Shown piece after piece: positions 8,571-17,527 of a stretch of DNA of 24,000 nucleotides. Each line of letters opens with the position of its first letter. The first letter of the stretch is position 1. The DNA is taken from positions 1-24,000 of the forward strand of contig CAYMPR010000001.1 in NCBI GenBank assembly GCA_964392385.1. Direction: 5' to 3'. The notes under the pieces were generated by a model, which did no database searches, was not told the origin of the DNA, and saw only the letters and a program-made list of their open reading frames with translations. The DNA is from an uncultured Christensenellaceae bacterium (GTDB lineage Bacteria; Bacillota; Clostridia; Christensenellales; DTU072). The position numbers and the translations under genes were made by a program.

Positions 8571-8599
8571 TTGACATTATTTTACTTTTAATTTACAAT
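8571..8599 (+). promoter_or_regulatory. Near-consensus sigma-70-type promoter for the large regulator gene
   Basis: TTGACA (8571-8576), a 17-nt AT-rich spacer, then TACAAT (8594-8599). The RBS GAGGGGG at 8624-8630 lies 9 nt before the ATG at 8640. Confidence 0.5.
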
Positions 8600-8639
8600 T
8601 ATATTATAAAAAATAATATTATACGAGGGGGTATGCATT

Positions 8640-11396
8640 ATGAGACTTGATACAATTACTAACTCAGTATTAAACGAAATAATGGCCAGTGACAACCCTG
8701 CAGTTTTTTTACTTGCACCAATTGGTTCCCAGAAAAGTGAATTTATAACTGAATTGAGTAATCGATACCCGACGACCTTTTGGTTTAATCCAATTACTGA
8801 TGATTTAAATTTATATTGTCATACGTTTATTGATAAAATCTTAAAACAAGATCCCGCACTTCAATTTAAACTAAAACAATTGTTGTTTTGTAATTCACAA
8901 TATGCGGATACTGATGTCATTATCCTTTCCTTATTAGATTATATAGGAAAATTGAAAGGCGATGTTTTAATCGTTTTTGAGAGAATGGAACATATGCCTA
9001 GAAACTTTGACTATACTGATTTTGTGCATATGATTAAACATGCACCTAGCAACATAAAAATATTATTTTCTTCTACCGAGTTTTTGCCATTTGAATGGAA
9101 TAAATTCGAGCCACAATATCCTATGTTTATTGATAATACTATTTTGCAACGTCAAGAAAACATTAGCCCAGAAGAATCATTGTCTGCATTAAAAGTAGAT
9201 GATTTAAGATTTTTAAGCTATATTAGTGAACTTGATGCTGTTGATATTGACTTTTTGGATACTATTTATCCTGGTGGGGCAGAATTATTTAAAATGCTTA
9301 GCAGAAAGGGAGAATTTGTTGTTACAAGAGACGTAAAGTTCTTTCGAATGAGCCCAATACTAAGAAATTACTTTAGTAAACAAAGAGAACAATTAACACT
9401 TGGTATACCTCAATATTCAGTTTCAGTAAAAAAATTGTATGGTGACCATTTATATAAAACTGGACACTTTTTCGGGTCACTAACTTTATATCATGAAGCC
9501 CAGTCAGTTGAAGGATTCGATTCATCTTTTAAAAGAATATTGCAAGATGAAACGTTATTGGTTAAAGCGATTGCATATATTAAGGCACACCCTGAGTACG
9601 ATTTTGAAGAAAACTGCGAGGGATGTTACTATTTTAAGCTTTATCGTGCTATGGCTCAATGCTTTCTTGGGAATTTAGAAATGAAAACTCTTATCAAAGA
9701 AAACGCTATAGCAAATTATTTTGAAGGAAAGGATATTAACGGTTTTCTTGCTGCTAAATTATATGAATTTCATTGTATGATAAAGAATAATAAAGGTAAT
9801 TTAGTAAAAGAGGAATTTACTCTTTTGTATGCAAAATATGGCGAAAAATATAAAAAACATCTTCTAGCTCTCGCTTGCATGCTGCCTAACATTACAATTT
9901 ATACAAATATAACTGTCTCTGAGCTTGAAGATTTTATTGCTGAGGATAAGTCGAAAAATGATTTCTGGTATATTAAAGCTATGGAAGATTTGGCTAAAGC
10001 ATATTTTCAACAAGGTAATTACAGGAAAGCAATAAATTTATCAAAAATAATAAATGAATATTTACACTATTATGTAATCCCGCCTTATTTTATTGCGCTT
10101 TTATATTTTGCGGGCGAAGTTAAGGAGGCTGTTGATTTAGTGAATGAAGGACTCAACAGACCTATTCCAATTGTTAAAGACTTGCATGTTTTGTTAACAA
10201 CTAAAGGTATGACAGAAGGATATTACGGCAATCACGAGGAAGCAAAAAAATATTTTGATAAAGCGTATGAGCATCTAGAATATACAGACCCATCATATTA
10301 TTTTACCATTACTCAAAGATGTTTATATAAAGCTTCTCATGGTGAATCTCAATACGCAAAAGATTTGGCTAATATTTATCTGCAAAACTCCCAATCCTCC
10401 TCCCACGGACTAGCAGTTGATATGCTACTGGCTATCTCATATGCTTCATATAAACTGGGGGATAGGAAAAAGGCTTACCAATCAGCTACAGATTGTATAC
10501 AAAATAGTACTGCTCGTTCAGCGGCTTGGCTAATGGGAATGGGAATAATAACGAACATCCTTCTAACACAAGGCGATCTAAAGGATGCAATTACATTAGT
10601 AAGGAACCTTCTAAAGGCTTCATATAACTATGGAATGAAAATGATAGTAGTTGATTATTCCGAAGATATTTTTTCCCCAATTTTGTCTTTTGCTAAACAA
10701 AAAGAGATTGAACTTGACTATTTAGAACAAATTGAAGAAGCGATTGCAGAAAAGAAAAGTATGCAAAAACCGATTAACACTATAAAAGTATTTTTCTTCG
10801 GAAATGTAAATACTACGATTGATGGAAAAGAAATTAAATGGAAAACGAGAAAATCAAAAGAATTGTTTATTCAATATATTTTCGCAGGAGCAAATGGAAT
10901 TGATCGCAATATTATCATTAACATGCTTTGGAAAGGATATTTATACGAGTCAGCAATTAATAATCTTAAAACTACAAATAATATTATAAGAAACACATTA
11001 AATGACTGTGGAATTAGTTATAAATTAGATTATGTAAATAGCAAGTATATATTGAATATAGATAATTTAGAAACTGACTATATACAAATACAAGCTCTAA
11101 TGCAAAAATACTCGACAGAACAAATAGTCGTGAAAAAAGTTGTTTTAATGAATAAGATTCTTTCAATTAGGAAAGGTGAATTTGCTTTTGATATGAACTA
11201 TGATAATTTTAGAATTGAAAGAGGAAACATCAAACAATGGTTAATAATTAATCTTTTAAGGCTTGTTAGAGCTCTAGCAAAACAAGAAGATTTTATTGAA
11301 AGTAAAAGATTTTTAGTTATTCTTTCTTCAATTGATACATCCACAGATTATAATAGTATGCTTGATGAGTTAAATAGTCATATTAATGTGGGCTAG
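8640..11396 (+). CDS. Large multidomain transcriptional regulator: degenerate P-loop NTPase-like N-terminus, TPR-like helical middle, C-terminal SARP-type winged helix plus BTAD
   Basis: 918-aa ORF with a good RBS. The Walker-A-like segment reads APIGSQKS (nt 8715-8738) and the Walker-B-like segment VLIVFE. The middle carries helical repeat signatures such as AKAYFQQGNYRKAINL, EAKKYFDKAYEH and YKLGDRKKAYQSA. The C-terminus IKVFFFGNVNTTIDGKEIKWKTRKSKELFIQYIF...IDRNIIINMLW...AINNLKTTNNIIRNTL...KYILNIDNLETDY matches the OmpR/SARP wHTH pattern and is followed by a BTAD-like helical tail. Confidence 0.85.
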   Translation: MRLDTITNSVLNEIMASDNPAVFLLAPIGSQKSEFITELSNRYPTTFWFNPITDDLNLYCHTFIDKILKQDPALQFKLKQLLFCNSQYADTDVIILSLLDYIGKLKGDVLIVFERMEHMPRNFDYTDFVHMIKHAPSNIKILFSSTEFLPFEWNKFEPQYPMFIDNTILQRQENISPEESLSALKVDDLRFLSYISELDAVDIDFLDTIYPGGAELFKMLSRKGEFVVTRDVKFFRMSPILRNYFSKQREQLTLGIPQYSVSVKKLYGDHLYKTGHFFGSLTLYHEAQSVEGFDSSFKRILQDETLLVKAIAYIKAHPEYDFEENCEGCYYFKLYRAMAQCFLGNLEMKTLIKENAIANYFEGKDINGFLAAKLYEFHCMIKNNKGNLVKEEFTLLYAKYGEKYKKHLLALACMLPNITIYTNITVSELEDFIAEDKSKNDFWYIKAMEDLAKAYFQQGNYRKAINLSKIINEYLHYYVIPPYFIALLYFAGEVKEAVDLVNEGLNRPIPIVKDLHVLLTTKGMTEGYYGNHEEAKKYFDKAYEHLEYTDPSYYFTITQRCLYKASHGESQYAKDLANIYLQNSQSSSHGLAVDMLLAISYASYKLGDRKKAYQSATDCIQNSTARSAAWLMGMGIITNILLTQGDLKDAITLVRNLLKASYNYGMKMIVVDYSEDIFSPILSFAKQKEIELDYLEQIEEAIAEKKSMQKPINTIKVFFFGNVNTTIDGKEIKWKTRKSKELFIQYIFAGANGIDRNIIINMLWKGYLYESAINNLKTTNNIIRNTLNDCGISYKLDYVNSKYILNIDNLETDYIQIQALMQKYSTEQIVVKKVVLMNKILSIRKGEFAFDMNYDNFRIERGNIKQWLIINLLRLVRALAKQEDFIESKRFLVILSSIDTSTDYNSMLDELNSHINVG

Positions 11397-12273
11397 GTGG
11401 GAAATGATTCGCTTCAATGAAGAATGGAATGACTTTAAGGTAATAAGAACTGGAGATGGTTATAAACTAGAAGAATATTCTAATGGGCTTAGATTTTTAA
11501 GACCCGACCCTCAAGTAATTTGGAAAGCAACTCCAGCTTTTTCATATTTATTAGATGCAGATGCGGTTTACTCAAGAAACTCAGAAGGCGGGGGTTCCTG
11601 GTTATATAATAAAAGTATTCCGGACGAGTTCTTTGTTAGCTGGCGAAATCTTAAGTTCTCATTAAAACTTATGGACTTTAAACACACAGGTATATTCCCT
11701 GAACAAGCCTACAATTGGGCTAGAATAATCGAATTAATAGCTGGCACAAATAGAAAAATAAAGATTTTAAATTTATTTGCCTATACCGGAGGTGCTACGC
11801 TTGCAGGGATTTCCTCTGGTGCGGATGTCACGCATGTGGATGCAGCTAAATCGATGTGCGATAGAGCAAAAAGAAATATTGAAATTAGCTCTCTTTCAAC
11901 TTCCTCAGTACGATTTATAGTAGATGATTGCTTGAAGTTCGTTGAGAGAGAAATTAAAAGAGAAAAAAAATATGATGCTATAATTATGGATCCACCGAGC
12001 TATGGAAGAGGCCCAAATGGCGAAGTATGGCGAATAGGTGAACAGATATATAAGTTAGTCGAAAGGACAAAGCTTTTGCTAAGTGATAATCCTCTTTTTT
12101 ACTTGATTAATAGTTATACAACAGGGCTTCAGCCTACATCGATGGAGGTAATTTTAGAAAAAGTGTTTTTAGATTCTAACCATACAATAGATTCATATGA
12201 AATTGGTATTAATACCAAAGAAAAAGGGGTTGTTTTGCCTTGTGGGGCAAGTGCATTTATGGTGTTTAAATGA
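11386..12273 (+). CDS. Class I SAM-dependent methyltransferase (RlmI/RlmK-C-terminal-like family, probably an rRNA methyltransferase)
   Basis: Motif I is ILNLFAYTGGATLAG, followed by VTHVDAAK and then IIMDPPSYGRGPNGEVW (DPPxY/F motif IV). The ATG at 11386 overlaps the upstream stop (11394-11396). The alternative ATG at 11404 follows AGGTGG at only 3-nt spacing, so the start is uncertain by 6 codons. Confidence 0.8.
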   Translation: MWARWEMIRFNEEWNDFKVIRTGDGYKLEEYSNGLRFLRPDPQVIWKATPAFSYLLDADAVYSRNSEGGGSWLYNKSIPDEFFVSWRNLKFSLKLMDFKHTGIFPEQAYNWARIIELIAGTNRKIKILNLFAYTGGATLAGISSGADVTHVDAAKSMCDRAKRNIEISSLSTSSVRFIVDDCLKFVEREIKREKKYDAIIMDPPSYGRGPNGEVWRIGEQIYKLVERTKLLLSDNPLFYLINSYTTGLQPTSMEVILEKVFLDSNHTIDSYEIGINTKEKGVVLPCGASAFMVFK

Positions 12274-12983
12274 AAAAAATTGATTATAATGATATAGTAA
12301 TTATTTATGAGGATAATCACTTGTTAGTGGTTTTGAAGCCGCAAGGTCTTCCATGTTGTCCTGATTCATCTGAATCGCAGAATTTATTAGATTTGCTTAA
12401 GCAATATTTAATAGATAAAAACAATAAACCAGGAGATGCTTATCTCGGCCTAGTCCATAGGCTTGATCAGCCTACTGGCGGAGTAATAATGTATGCCAAA
12501 TCAAGTAAAGCGGCGTCAAGATTGTCTAAGAGTTTGCGAGAAAAGTCAATTTCTAAAAAATACCTTGCAATACTTGTTGGAGTTCCTAAACAAAAAAAAG
12601 CAACTCTTAAAAATTCTCTTTATAAAGATGAGGCAAAAAATGAGGTCTATTGTGTACCTATGGCAACAGAAGGTGCAAAAACTGCTGAACTCGAATATAA
12701 AGTTTTGGCCACTTCAGAAGATGGTCTTTCGTTAGTTGAAATCAACCTTATCACCGGGAGATCGCATCAAGCAAGAGTTCAGATGGCAAATATTGGGACA
12801 CCTATATGGGGTGATCAGAAGTATGGTAAAGCTACGGGGAAAGCTAACCTTGCATTGTGGGCCGTTGAATTAAGATTTCCTCATCCAACAAAAGAAGATA
12901 TAATGGTGTTTAGAGTATTCCCACCGGATGAAGAACCTTGGACTAAATTTGACATAGCGAGTAAATTAGCAATTATTAAGTGA
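12270..12983 (+). CDS. RluA-family pseudouridine synthase (no S4 domain)
   Basis: The catalytic motif HRLDQPTGGVIMYAKS is present, together with LITGRSHQARVQ and GDQKYG. The start overlaps the upstream stop as ATGA. Confidence 0.9.
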   Translation: MKKIDYNDIVIIYEDNHLLVVLKPQGLPCCPDSSESQNLLDLLKQYLIDKNNKPGDAYLGLVHRLDQPTGGVIMYAKSSKAASRLSKSLREKSISKKYLAILVGVPKQKKATLKNSLYKDEAKNEVYCVPMATEGAKTAELEYKVLATSEDGLSLVEINLITGRSHQARVQMANIGTPIWGDQKYGKATGKANLALWAVELRFPHPTKEDIMVFRVFPPDEEPWTKFDIASKLAIIK

Positions 12984-12992
12984 GATTGGTTA

Positions 12993-13622
12993 TTGGACAA
13001 TAGTCAAGCAAAAAATATCCTAGAAAAATTGGTGGCTATATACCCATCTGCAAAGTGTGAGTTAAACTTTTCCACACCATTTGAGCTTTTGGTTGCAGTA
13101 ATTTTGAGTGCTCAATGCACCGATAAGAGAGTTAATATTATTACTGAAAAGTTGTTTAATAAATTCAATAAACCTTTTCAATTTGCAAAACTAAGCATTG
13201 AAGAATTATCACCATATATTTATAGTTGTGGATTTTACAATAATAAAGGCTTAAACATTATAAAAGCATCAAAAATTATACATGAAAGTTATGGGGATAA
13301 AGTTCCTCAGAATATGGAACAACTTTTAGCTCTCCCTGGAGTTGGCAGGAAAACAGCTTCAGTAATTCTGTCCGAGGCATACTTAGTTCCTGCTATTCCC
13401 GTAGACACCCATGTTTTTCGAGTTTCAAAAAGAATAGGTTTTTCAAAAGGGGAAAATAGTTTTAAGGTTGAATCTGATTTATCACAATTGTTTCCTCCTG
13501 AAAAATGGTATGTATTACACCATACGCTTATATCCCACGGCAGGAATACGTGCAAAGCAATAAAACCACTTTGTAATCATTGTTCGATAAGTAAGGATTG
13601 TTTCTATAATATTAATAAATAG
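12993..13622 (+). CDS. nth: Endonuclease III (DNA glycosylase / AP lyase)
   Basis: The helix-hairpin-helix LPGVGRKTA and VDTHVFRV are present. The C-terminal 4Fe-4S ligand pattern C-x6-C-x2-C-x5-C reads CKAIKPLCNHCSISKDC. The start codon is TTG, with no in-frame ATG nearby. Confidence 0.9.
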   Translation: MDNSQAKNILEKLVAIYPSAKCELNFSTPFELLVAVILSAQCTDKRVNIITEKLFNKFNKPFQFAKLSIEELSPYIYSCGFYNNKGLNIIKASKIIHESYGDKVPQNMEQLLALPGVGRKTASVILSEAYLVPAIPVDTHVFRVSKRIGFSKGENSFKVESDLSQLFPPEKWYVLHHTLISHGRNTCKAIKPLCNHCSISKDCFYNINK

Positions 13623-13656
13623 AGTAATTTGACTTAATTCAATTAAGGGAGAATAT

Positions 13657-14916
13657 ATGTTCTTAGATACAGCAGTAATTAATTGTAAAGCGGGTAACGG
13701 CGGAGATGGTGTCGTATCTTGGCATAGAGCAAAGTTTGTGCCTAAAGGGGGCCCAAATGGAGGCGATGGTGGAAAAGGTGGCGACATTATCTTTATGGCA
13801 GATAGCTCAATGAATACTCTGATTTCATTCCAATATACTCATAAATTTTGGGCTGATGATGGGGAGCCAGGAAGCGGAGATAATTGTTTCGGCAGGAATG
13901 GAAAAGATTTGATAATTAAAGTGCCATGTGGCACCTTAATCAGAGATTTTGAAACAAATTCTGTAATTGCTGATCTATTTGCACTTGGGGATAGCTATTC
14001 TGTTCTGAAAGGTGGCAGGGGCGGAAGAGGCAATGCCAAATTTGCTACTTCTGTAAGGAGAAGCCCAGGATTTTCAGAAATGGGTGAAAAGACCAAGGAG
14101 AGAAAGATTAAGCTAGAACTAATGGTTGTAGCTGATGTTGGTTTAATTGGTTTTCCTAACGTAGGAAAATCTACTATTTTATCAGTTATTTCTGCAGCTA
14201 AACCTAAAATTGCAAACTATCATTTTACTACATTGTCTCCAAATTTAGGGGTAGTTAATATAAACGATTATAGTTTTACTGTAGTAGATATACCTGGGCT
14301 AATTGAAGGTGCTGCAGAAGGCGCAGGCTTAGGGCATTCATTTTTAAGGCATATTGAACGTGTAAGAGTGCTTCTTCACATCGTTGATATTAGTGGTAGT
14401 GAGGGGAGAAATCCAGTAAATGATTATCATATCATTAGAAATGAATTGAAAAAATATTCTTCAAAATTAGCCTTGCTTCCTGAAATTGTAGTAGCAAATA
14501 AATTAGATTTGTTGACTGAAGCTGATTGTTCGCTTGATAATTTCCAAAAAGAAGTTAATTTAGAGGTTATCCCAATTTCCGCTATAACTAATCAAGGGAT
14601 TACCAAACTTTTGAGTCATATTGCTGAATTGTTAAAGACACTTCCTAAACCACAAAGATTGGTTTTTAAACCATTTATTTACGAACATGAGAACAAAGAG
14701 GAATTTAAAGTTGAAGTTATTGATAATGTTTACTATGTATATGGTGGAATGATGGAGGATTTAGCTAGAAGAGTTGTTATTTCTGACCCAGAAAGCTTTA
14801 GATGGTTCCAAAAGGTTTTAAGAGATAAGGGCGTCATGGGAAAGCTACTTGAGATGGGACTTAAATCAGGGGATACTATAGCAATAATGGACATAGAATT
14901 TGAGTATATGGAATAA
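13657..14916 (+). CDS. obg: GTPase Obg
   Basis: The glycine-rich Obg fold is seen in KAGNGGDGVVSWHRAKFVPKGGPNGGDGGKGGDIIF. The G1 motif is GFPNVGKST, G3 is DIPGLIEGA and G4 is NKLD. A C-terminal OCT-like domain is present. The RBS is AAGGGAG. Confidence 0.95.
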   Translation: MFLDTAVINCKAGNGGDGVVSWHRAKFVPKGGPNGGDGGKGGDIIFMADSSMNTLISFQYTHKFWADDGEPGSGDNCFGRNGKDLIIKVPCGTLIRDFETNSVIADLFALGDSYSVLKGGRGGRGNAKFATSVRRSPGFSEMGEKTKERKIKLELMVVADVGLIGFPNVGKSTILSVISAAKPKIANYHFTTLSPNLGVVNINDYSFTVVDIPGLIEGAAEGAGLGHSFLRHIERVRVLLHIVDISGSEGRNPVNDYHIIRNELKKYSSKLALLPEIVVANKLDLLTEADCSLDNFQKEVNLEVIPISAITNQGITKLLSHIAELLKTLPKPQRLVFKPFIYEHENKEEFKVEVIDNVYYVYGGMMEDLARRVVISDPESFRWFQKVLRDKGVMGKLLEMGLKSGDTIAIMDIEFEYME

Positions 14917-14920
14917 ATAT

Positions 14921-16042
14921 ATGACTAAGTATGGAATATTTGGTGGAGTCTTTGATCCTTTTCATTATGAGCACCTAAAAATTATTAAAGATGCTTACAA
15001 TAATTATGGGCTTGATAAAATTATTTTAGTTCCTTCCTTTAATCCTCCCCATAAATCTCACGAAATTACTAGTTTTCAGGATAGAATTAACATTATTAAT
15101 ATGTTCATTAAGGATATTGATTGGGTAATACTTGAGGATATAGAATCACGTCTCGCATTGCCTCAAAGCTATACTTTCTTAATACTTGAGCAATTGAAAA
15201 AGAAATACTTAGGTGAATTTGTATACATAATCGGTGGGGATAGTCTTATTAATTTTCCTAACTGGAAAAACCCTGATATTGTTGCAAACCTAACAAGTTT
15301 ATTAGTATATCCAAGAAAAGGTTATCCAAATCTTAGCCAAGCTTTAGAAATAGCAAGAAACACCTATGATGCTCATATAGAAGTTGCTGGGTTGGAACTG
15401 AGTGACATATCAAGTTCAGAGATAAGAGTGATGCTTGAAACTAATGATGTTAAATTAATAGAATTGCTTCCTAGCGACGTACTCAAATATATAAAAGATA
15501 AAAAAATTTACTCAGTATATTCTGAAATATTATTAAAACTTAAAGAGCAAATATCAATTGGTACATTCAATCATTCCATTAACACTGCTTTATATGCTGT
15601 TAGGCTTGCTTCAAAAGTAGGTATTCAATTTCATAAAGCATTTTTAGCAGGTCTTTTGCATGATTGTGCTAAAGGAGACACTTTTGAAGAAAGTGAGTAT
15701 AAAAACATAAACCCTTCAGTCATACATCAGTACACTTCAGCTAACAAAGCCCAAAAATATTTTGGAATAGAAGAAAAAGACATACTAGATGCGATAAAAT
15801 ATCATACAACTGGTTGTAAGGAAATGAGTTTATTAGGAAAGATTATTTATGTCGCTGACAAGGTCGAGTATTCAAGGGATTACCCTAAGAGTAGTGAGTT
15901 TAGAAAACTCGCTGATGAAAATATTGACAAGGCATTTATTGCCATATTAAAAAATACAATTGATTATCTCGATAAGAAAAGATATCCCATTGATAAATTG
16001 ACCATAGAGACATTAATGTGGTACAATGACTGCAAAATATAA
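14921..16042 (+). CDS. nadD: Fusion protein: nicotinate-nucleotide adenylyltransferase (NadD) plus HD-domain YqeK (Ap4A hydrolase family)
   Basis: The N-terminal half carries GIFGGVFDPFHYEHL and ISSSEIR (NadD motifs). The C-terminal half carries HSINTA...LLHDCAK...YHTTG...ADKVEYSR (HD domain of YqeK type). The frame is continuous. I preferred the ATG at 14921 (MTKYGIFGG) to the TTG at 14900, which would overlap obg. Confidence 0.85.
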   Translation: MTKYGIFGGVFDPFHYEHLKIIKDAYNNYGLDKIILVPSFNPPHKSHEITSFQDRINIINMFIKDIDWVILEDIESRLALPQSYTFLILEQLKKKYLGEFVYIIGGDSLINFPNWKNPDIVANLTSLLVYPRKGYPNLSQALEIARNTYDAHIEVAGLELSDISSSEIRVMLETNDVKLIELLPSDVLKYIKDKKIYSVYSEILLKLKEQISIGTFNHSINTALYAVRLASKVGIQFHKAFLAGLLHDCAKGDTFEESEYKNINPSVIHQYTSANKAQKYFGIEEKDILDAIKYHTTGCKEMSLLGKIIYVADKVEYSRDYPKSSEFRKLADENIDKAFIAILKNTIDYLDKKRYPIDKLTIETLMWYNDCKI

Positions 16043-16053
16043 AAGGAAAACAT

Positions 16054-16371
16054 ATGGATATAATTCAAATTAAAGAAAAAATAATTGCCTTGCTTGATGA
16101 AAAAAGCGGATCTGATATTCAATCAATTAGCATTGGGAATAAATCCTCAATTGCTGATTTTTTCATTATTGCAACTGGGAAAAACTTGCCGCACGTAAAA
16201 GCTTTAGCTGATTATTTGGAATCAAGTTTAGAAAAAGAAGGTATAATAGTTTCAAGGAAAGAAGGCTATAGCGAAGGAAGATGGATTGTACTTGATTACA
16301 ATGAAATAATAGTTCATATTTTTAATTCTGAGACAAGAGATTATTATTGCTTAGAAAAACTCTGGAAATAA
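16054..16371 (+). CDS. rsfS: Ribosome silencing factor RsfS (iojap family)
   Basis: 105 aa with ADFFIIATGKNLPHVKALAD...EGRWIVLDYNEIIVHIF...RDYYCLEKLW, the typical RsfS pattern. The RBS is AAGGAAAA. Confidence 0.9.
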   Translation: MDIIQIKEKIIALLDEKSGSDIQSISIGNKSSIADFFIIATGKNLPHVKALADYLESSLEKEGIIVSRKEGYSEGRWIVLDYNEIIVHIFNSETRDYYCLEKLWK

Positions 16372-16381
16372 GGGAAAGATA

Positions 16382-17083
16382 ATGGAAGATAACAAGGATA
16401 TTAAACAAGAAGATTGTTTAGATTGTGGAGTTATTAAAGGTGACAATATCGGGGTTAAAGAATTGCCTGATTGCGTAAGCTCTCAAGATTATCCAAATAT
16501 TACTTGTATTTCCAAAGAGAAAAAAACTAAGGCTATCAAAACTACCGCATATATTACAAAAATCGCTGTTTTATCTGCTCTAGCAGTTGTTTTATACTTA
16601 TTTGCCCGCTTCCCTATATTCCCAATTTTTCCCTACTCTGTTTTAGAGATGGATTTTTCCTCTATCCCTAGTTTACTAGGAGGATTTGCTCTAGGGCCTT
16701 TAGCTGCAGTAGTAATTGAATTTATTAAATGCTCTATAAAGCTAATAACATCTACAACAGGGTTTATTGGAGAATTGAGTAATTTCATTGTTTCCGTTTC
16801 TTTTGTATTGCCTGCTTCTCTTTTCTATAAATACAACAAAAATATTAAAGGCGCAATTTTTAGTTTGTTAATTGGAATTTTATCAAATTTAATATTTTCC
16901 TCTTTAAGTAATTATCTCGTAATTGTTCCTTTATACGCAAAGTTGTATCTACCGATGCTTATGGATTTAAGAATAGAGTTTTCCTTCGGCTATGGACTAG
17001 CGTTTAATGCAATTAAATCCGTTTCTACTGCTATTATTACCTTTTTATTATACAAAAGAGTGTCTAAACTACTCCATTTGTAA
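16382..17083 (+). CDS. ECF-transporter S component (RibU-like fold, substrate unknown) with a Cys-containing N-terminal extension
   Basis: About 180 aa of multi-helix hydrophobic core include EMDFSSIPSLLGGFALGPLAAVVIEFIKCSIKLI, which resembles ECF S components. This core is preceded by a hydrophilic extension of about 55 aa (CLDC...C...C). No ecfA or ecfT gene is in the window. Confidence 0.7.
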   Translation: MEDNKDIKQEDCLDCGVIKGDNIGVKELPDCVSSQDYPNITCISKEKKTKAIKTTAYITKIAVLSALAVVLYLFARFPIFPIFPYSVLEMDFSSIPSLLGGFALGPLAAVVIEFIKCSIKLITSTTGFIGELSNFIVSVSFVLPASLFYKYNKNIKGAIFSLLIGILSNLIFSSLSNYLVIVPLYAKLYLPMLMDLRIEFSFGYGLAFNAIKSVSTAIITFLLYKRVSKLLHL

Positions 17084-17095
17084 TTTTTCTGATAT

Positions 17096-17527
17096 ATGGA
17101 TAAAACAATTATTTCTAACTCACCAAATGAAACTCTTAACGCTGGATATGAATTAGGTCAATCGTTAAAAGGAGGCGAAGTAATACTCTTAAATGGTGAC
17201 CTTGGGTCTGGCAAAACTACTTTTACAAAAGGAATTGCCTTAGGCCTTGAAATAGAAAAAGAAATAATCAGTCCAACTTTTGTAATAATTAAAGAATATT
17301 TTTCATCAAAGAAGAAGATATCACTAAAACATATCGATATGTATAGGGTTAAAGATGCAGCTGAGCTTTACAATATCGGAATAGAAGATGTTTTTGCGAC
17401 TGATACAATAGTCGTTATAGAATGGAACTTATTGAGAGAGTTGCCTTGCAATAAGATAATCAATGTAAATTTATGTATAATATCTGAGAATGTTAGAAAA
17501 ATAAAAATAGAAGACAATTTAATATGA
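17096..17527 (+). CDS. tsaE: tRNA t6A37 biosynthesis ATPase TsaE
   Basis: The P-loop reads NGDLGSGKTTFTKGIA, with SPTFVI and HIDMYR. The size (143 aa) is typical for YjeE/TsaE. Confidence 0.9.
   Translation: MDKTIISNSPNETLNAGYELGQSLKGGEVILLNGDLGSGKTTFTKGIALGLEIEKEIISPTFVIIKEYFSSKKKISLKHIDMYRVKDAAELYNIGIEDVFATDTIVVIEWNLLRELPCNKIINVNLCIISENVRKIKIEDNLI

Noticed and set aside
8470-8576. TTGAA-type boxes at 8471, 8515 and 8571 as possible SARP direct-repeat binding sites upstream of the regulator
   Set aside because: The spacing (44 and 56 nt) is not consistently helical-phased, and TTGAA is a very common pentamer in this AT-rich DNA.
8633-8650. Out-of-frame mini-ORF ATGCATTATGAGACTTGA overlapping the regulator start
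   Set aside because: Only 2 nt separate it from the SD, which is too close. The ATG at 8640 has proper 9-nt spacing and opens the 918-codon frame.
13633-13647. Perfect 15-nt palindrome CTTAATTcAATTAAG just upstream of the obg RBS
   Set aside because: It is entirely A/T-rich and short. Several such palindromes are expected by chance in 24 kb of this composition, and it is too weak to act as a terminator.
13515-13787. 90-aa minus-strand ORF (MSPPFPPSPPFGPPLG...) overlapping the nth end and the obg start
   Set aside because: It is the antisense reading of the Gly-rich GGDGG-coding repeats of Obg. It has no RBS and a Pro/Ser-rich low-complexity translation, so it is a shadow ORF.
14900-14920. 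TTG start at 14900 for nadD
   Set aside because: It would overlap obg by 17 nt. The ATG at 14921 gives the canonical NadD N-terminus MTKYGIFGGVFDP.
14942-14977. NadD nucleotidyltransferase motif reads HYEH rather than HxGH
   Set aside because: The family consensus is effectively (H/T)xxH. The glycine is not invariant across NaMN/NMN adenylyltransferases, so this alone does not indicate inactivation.
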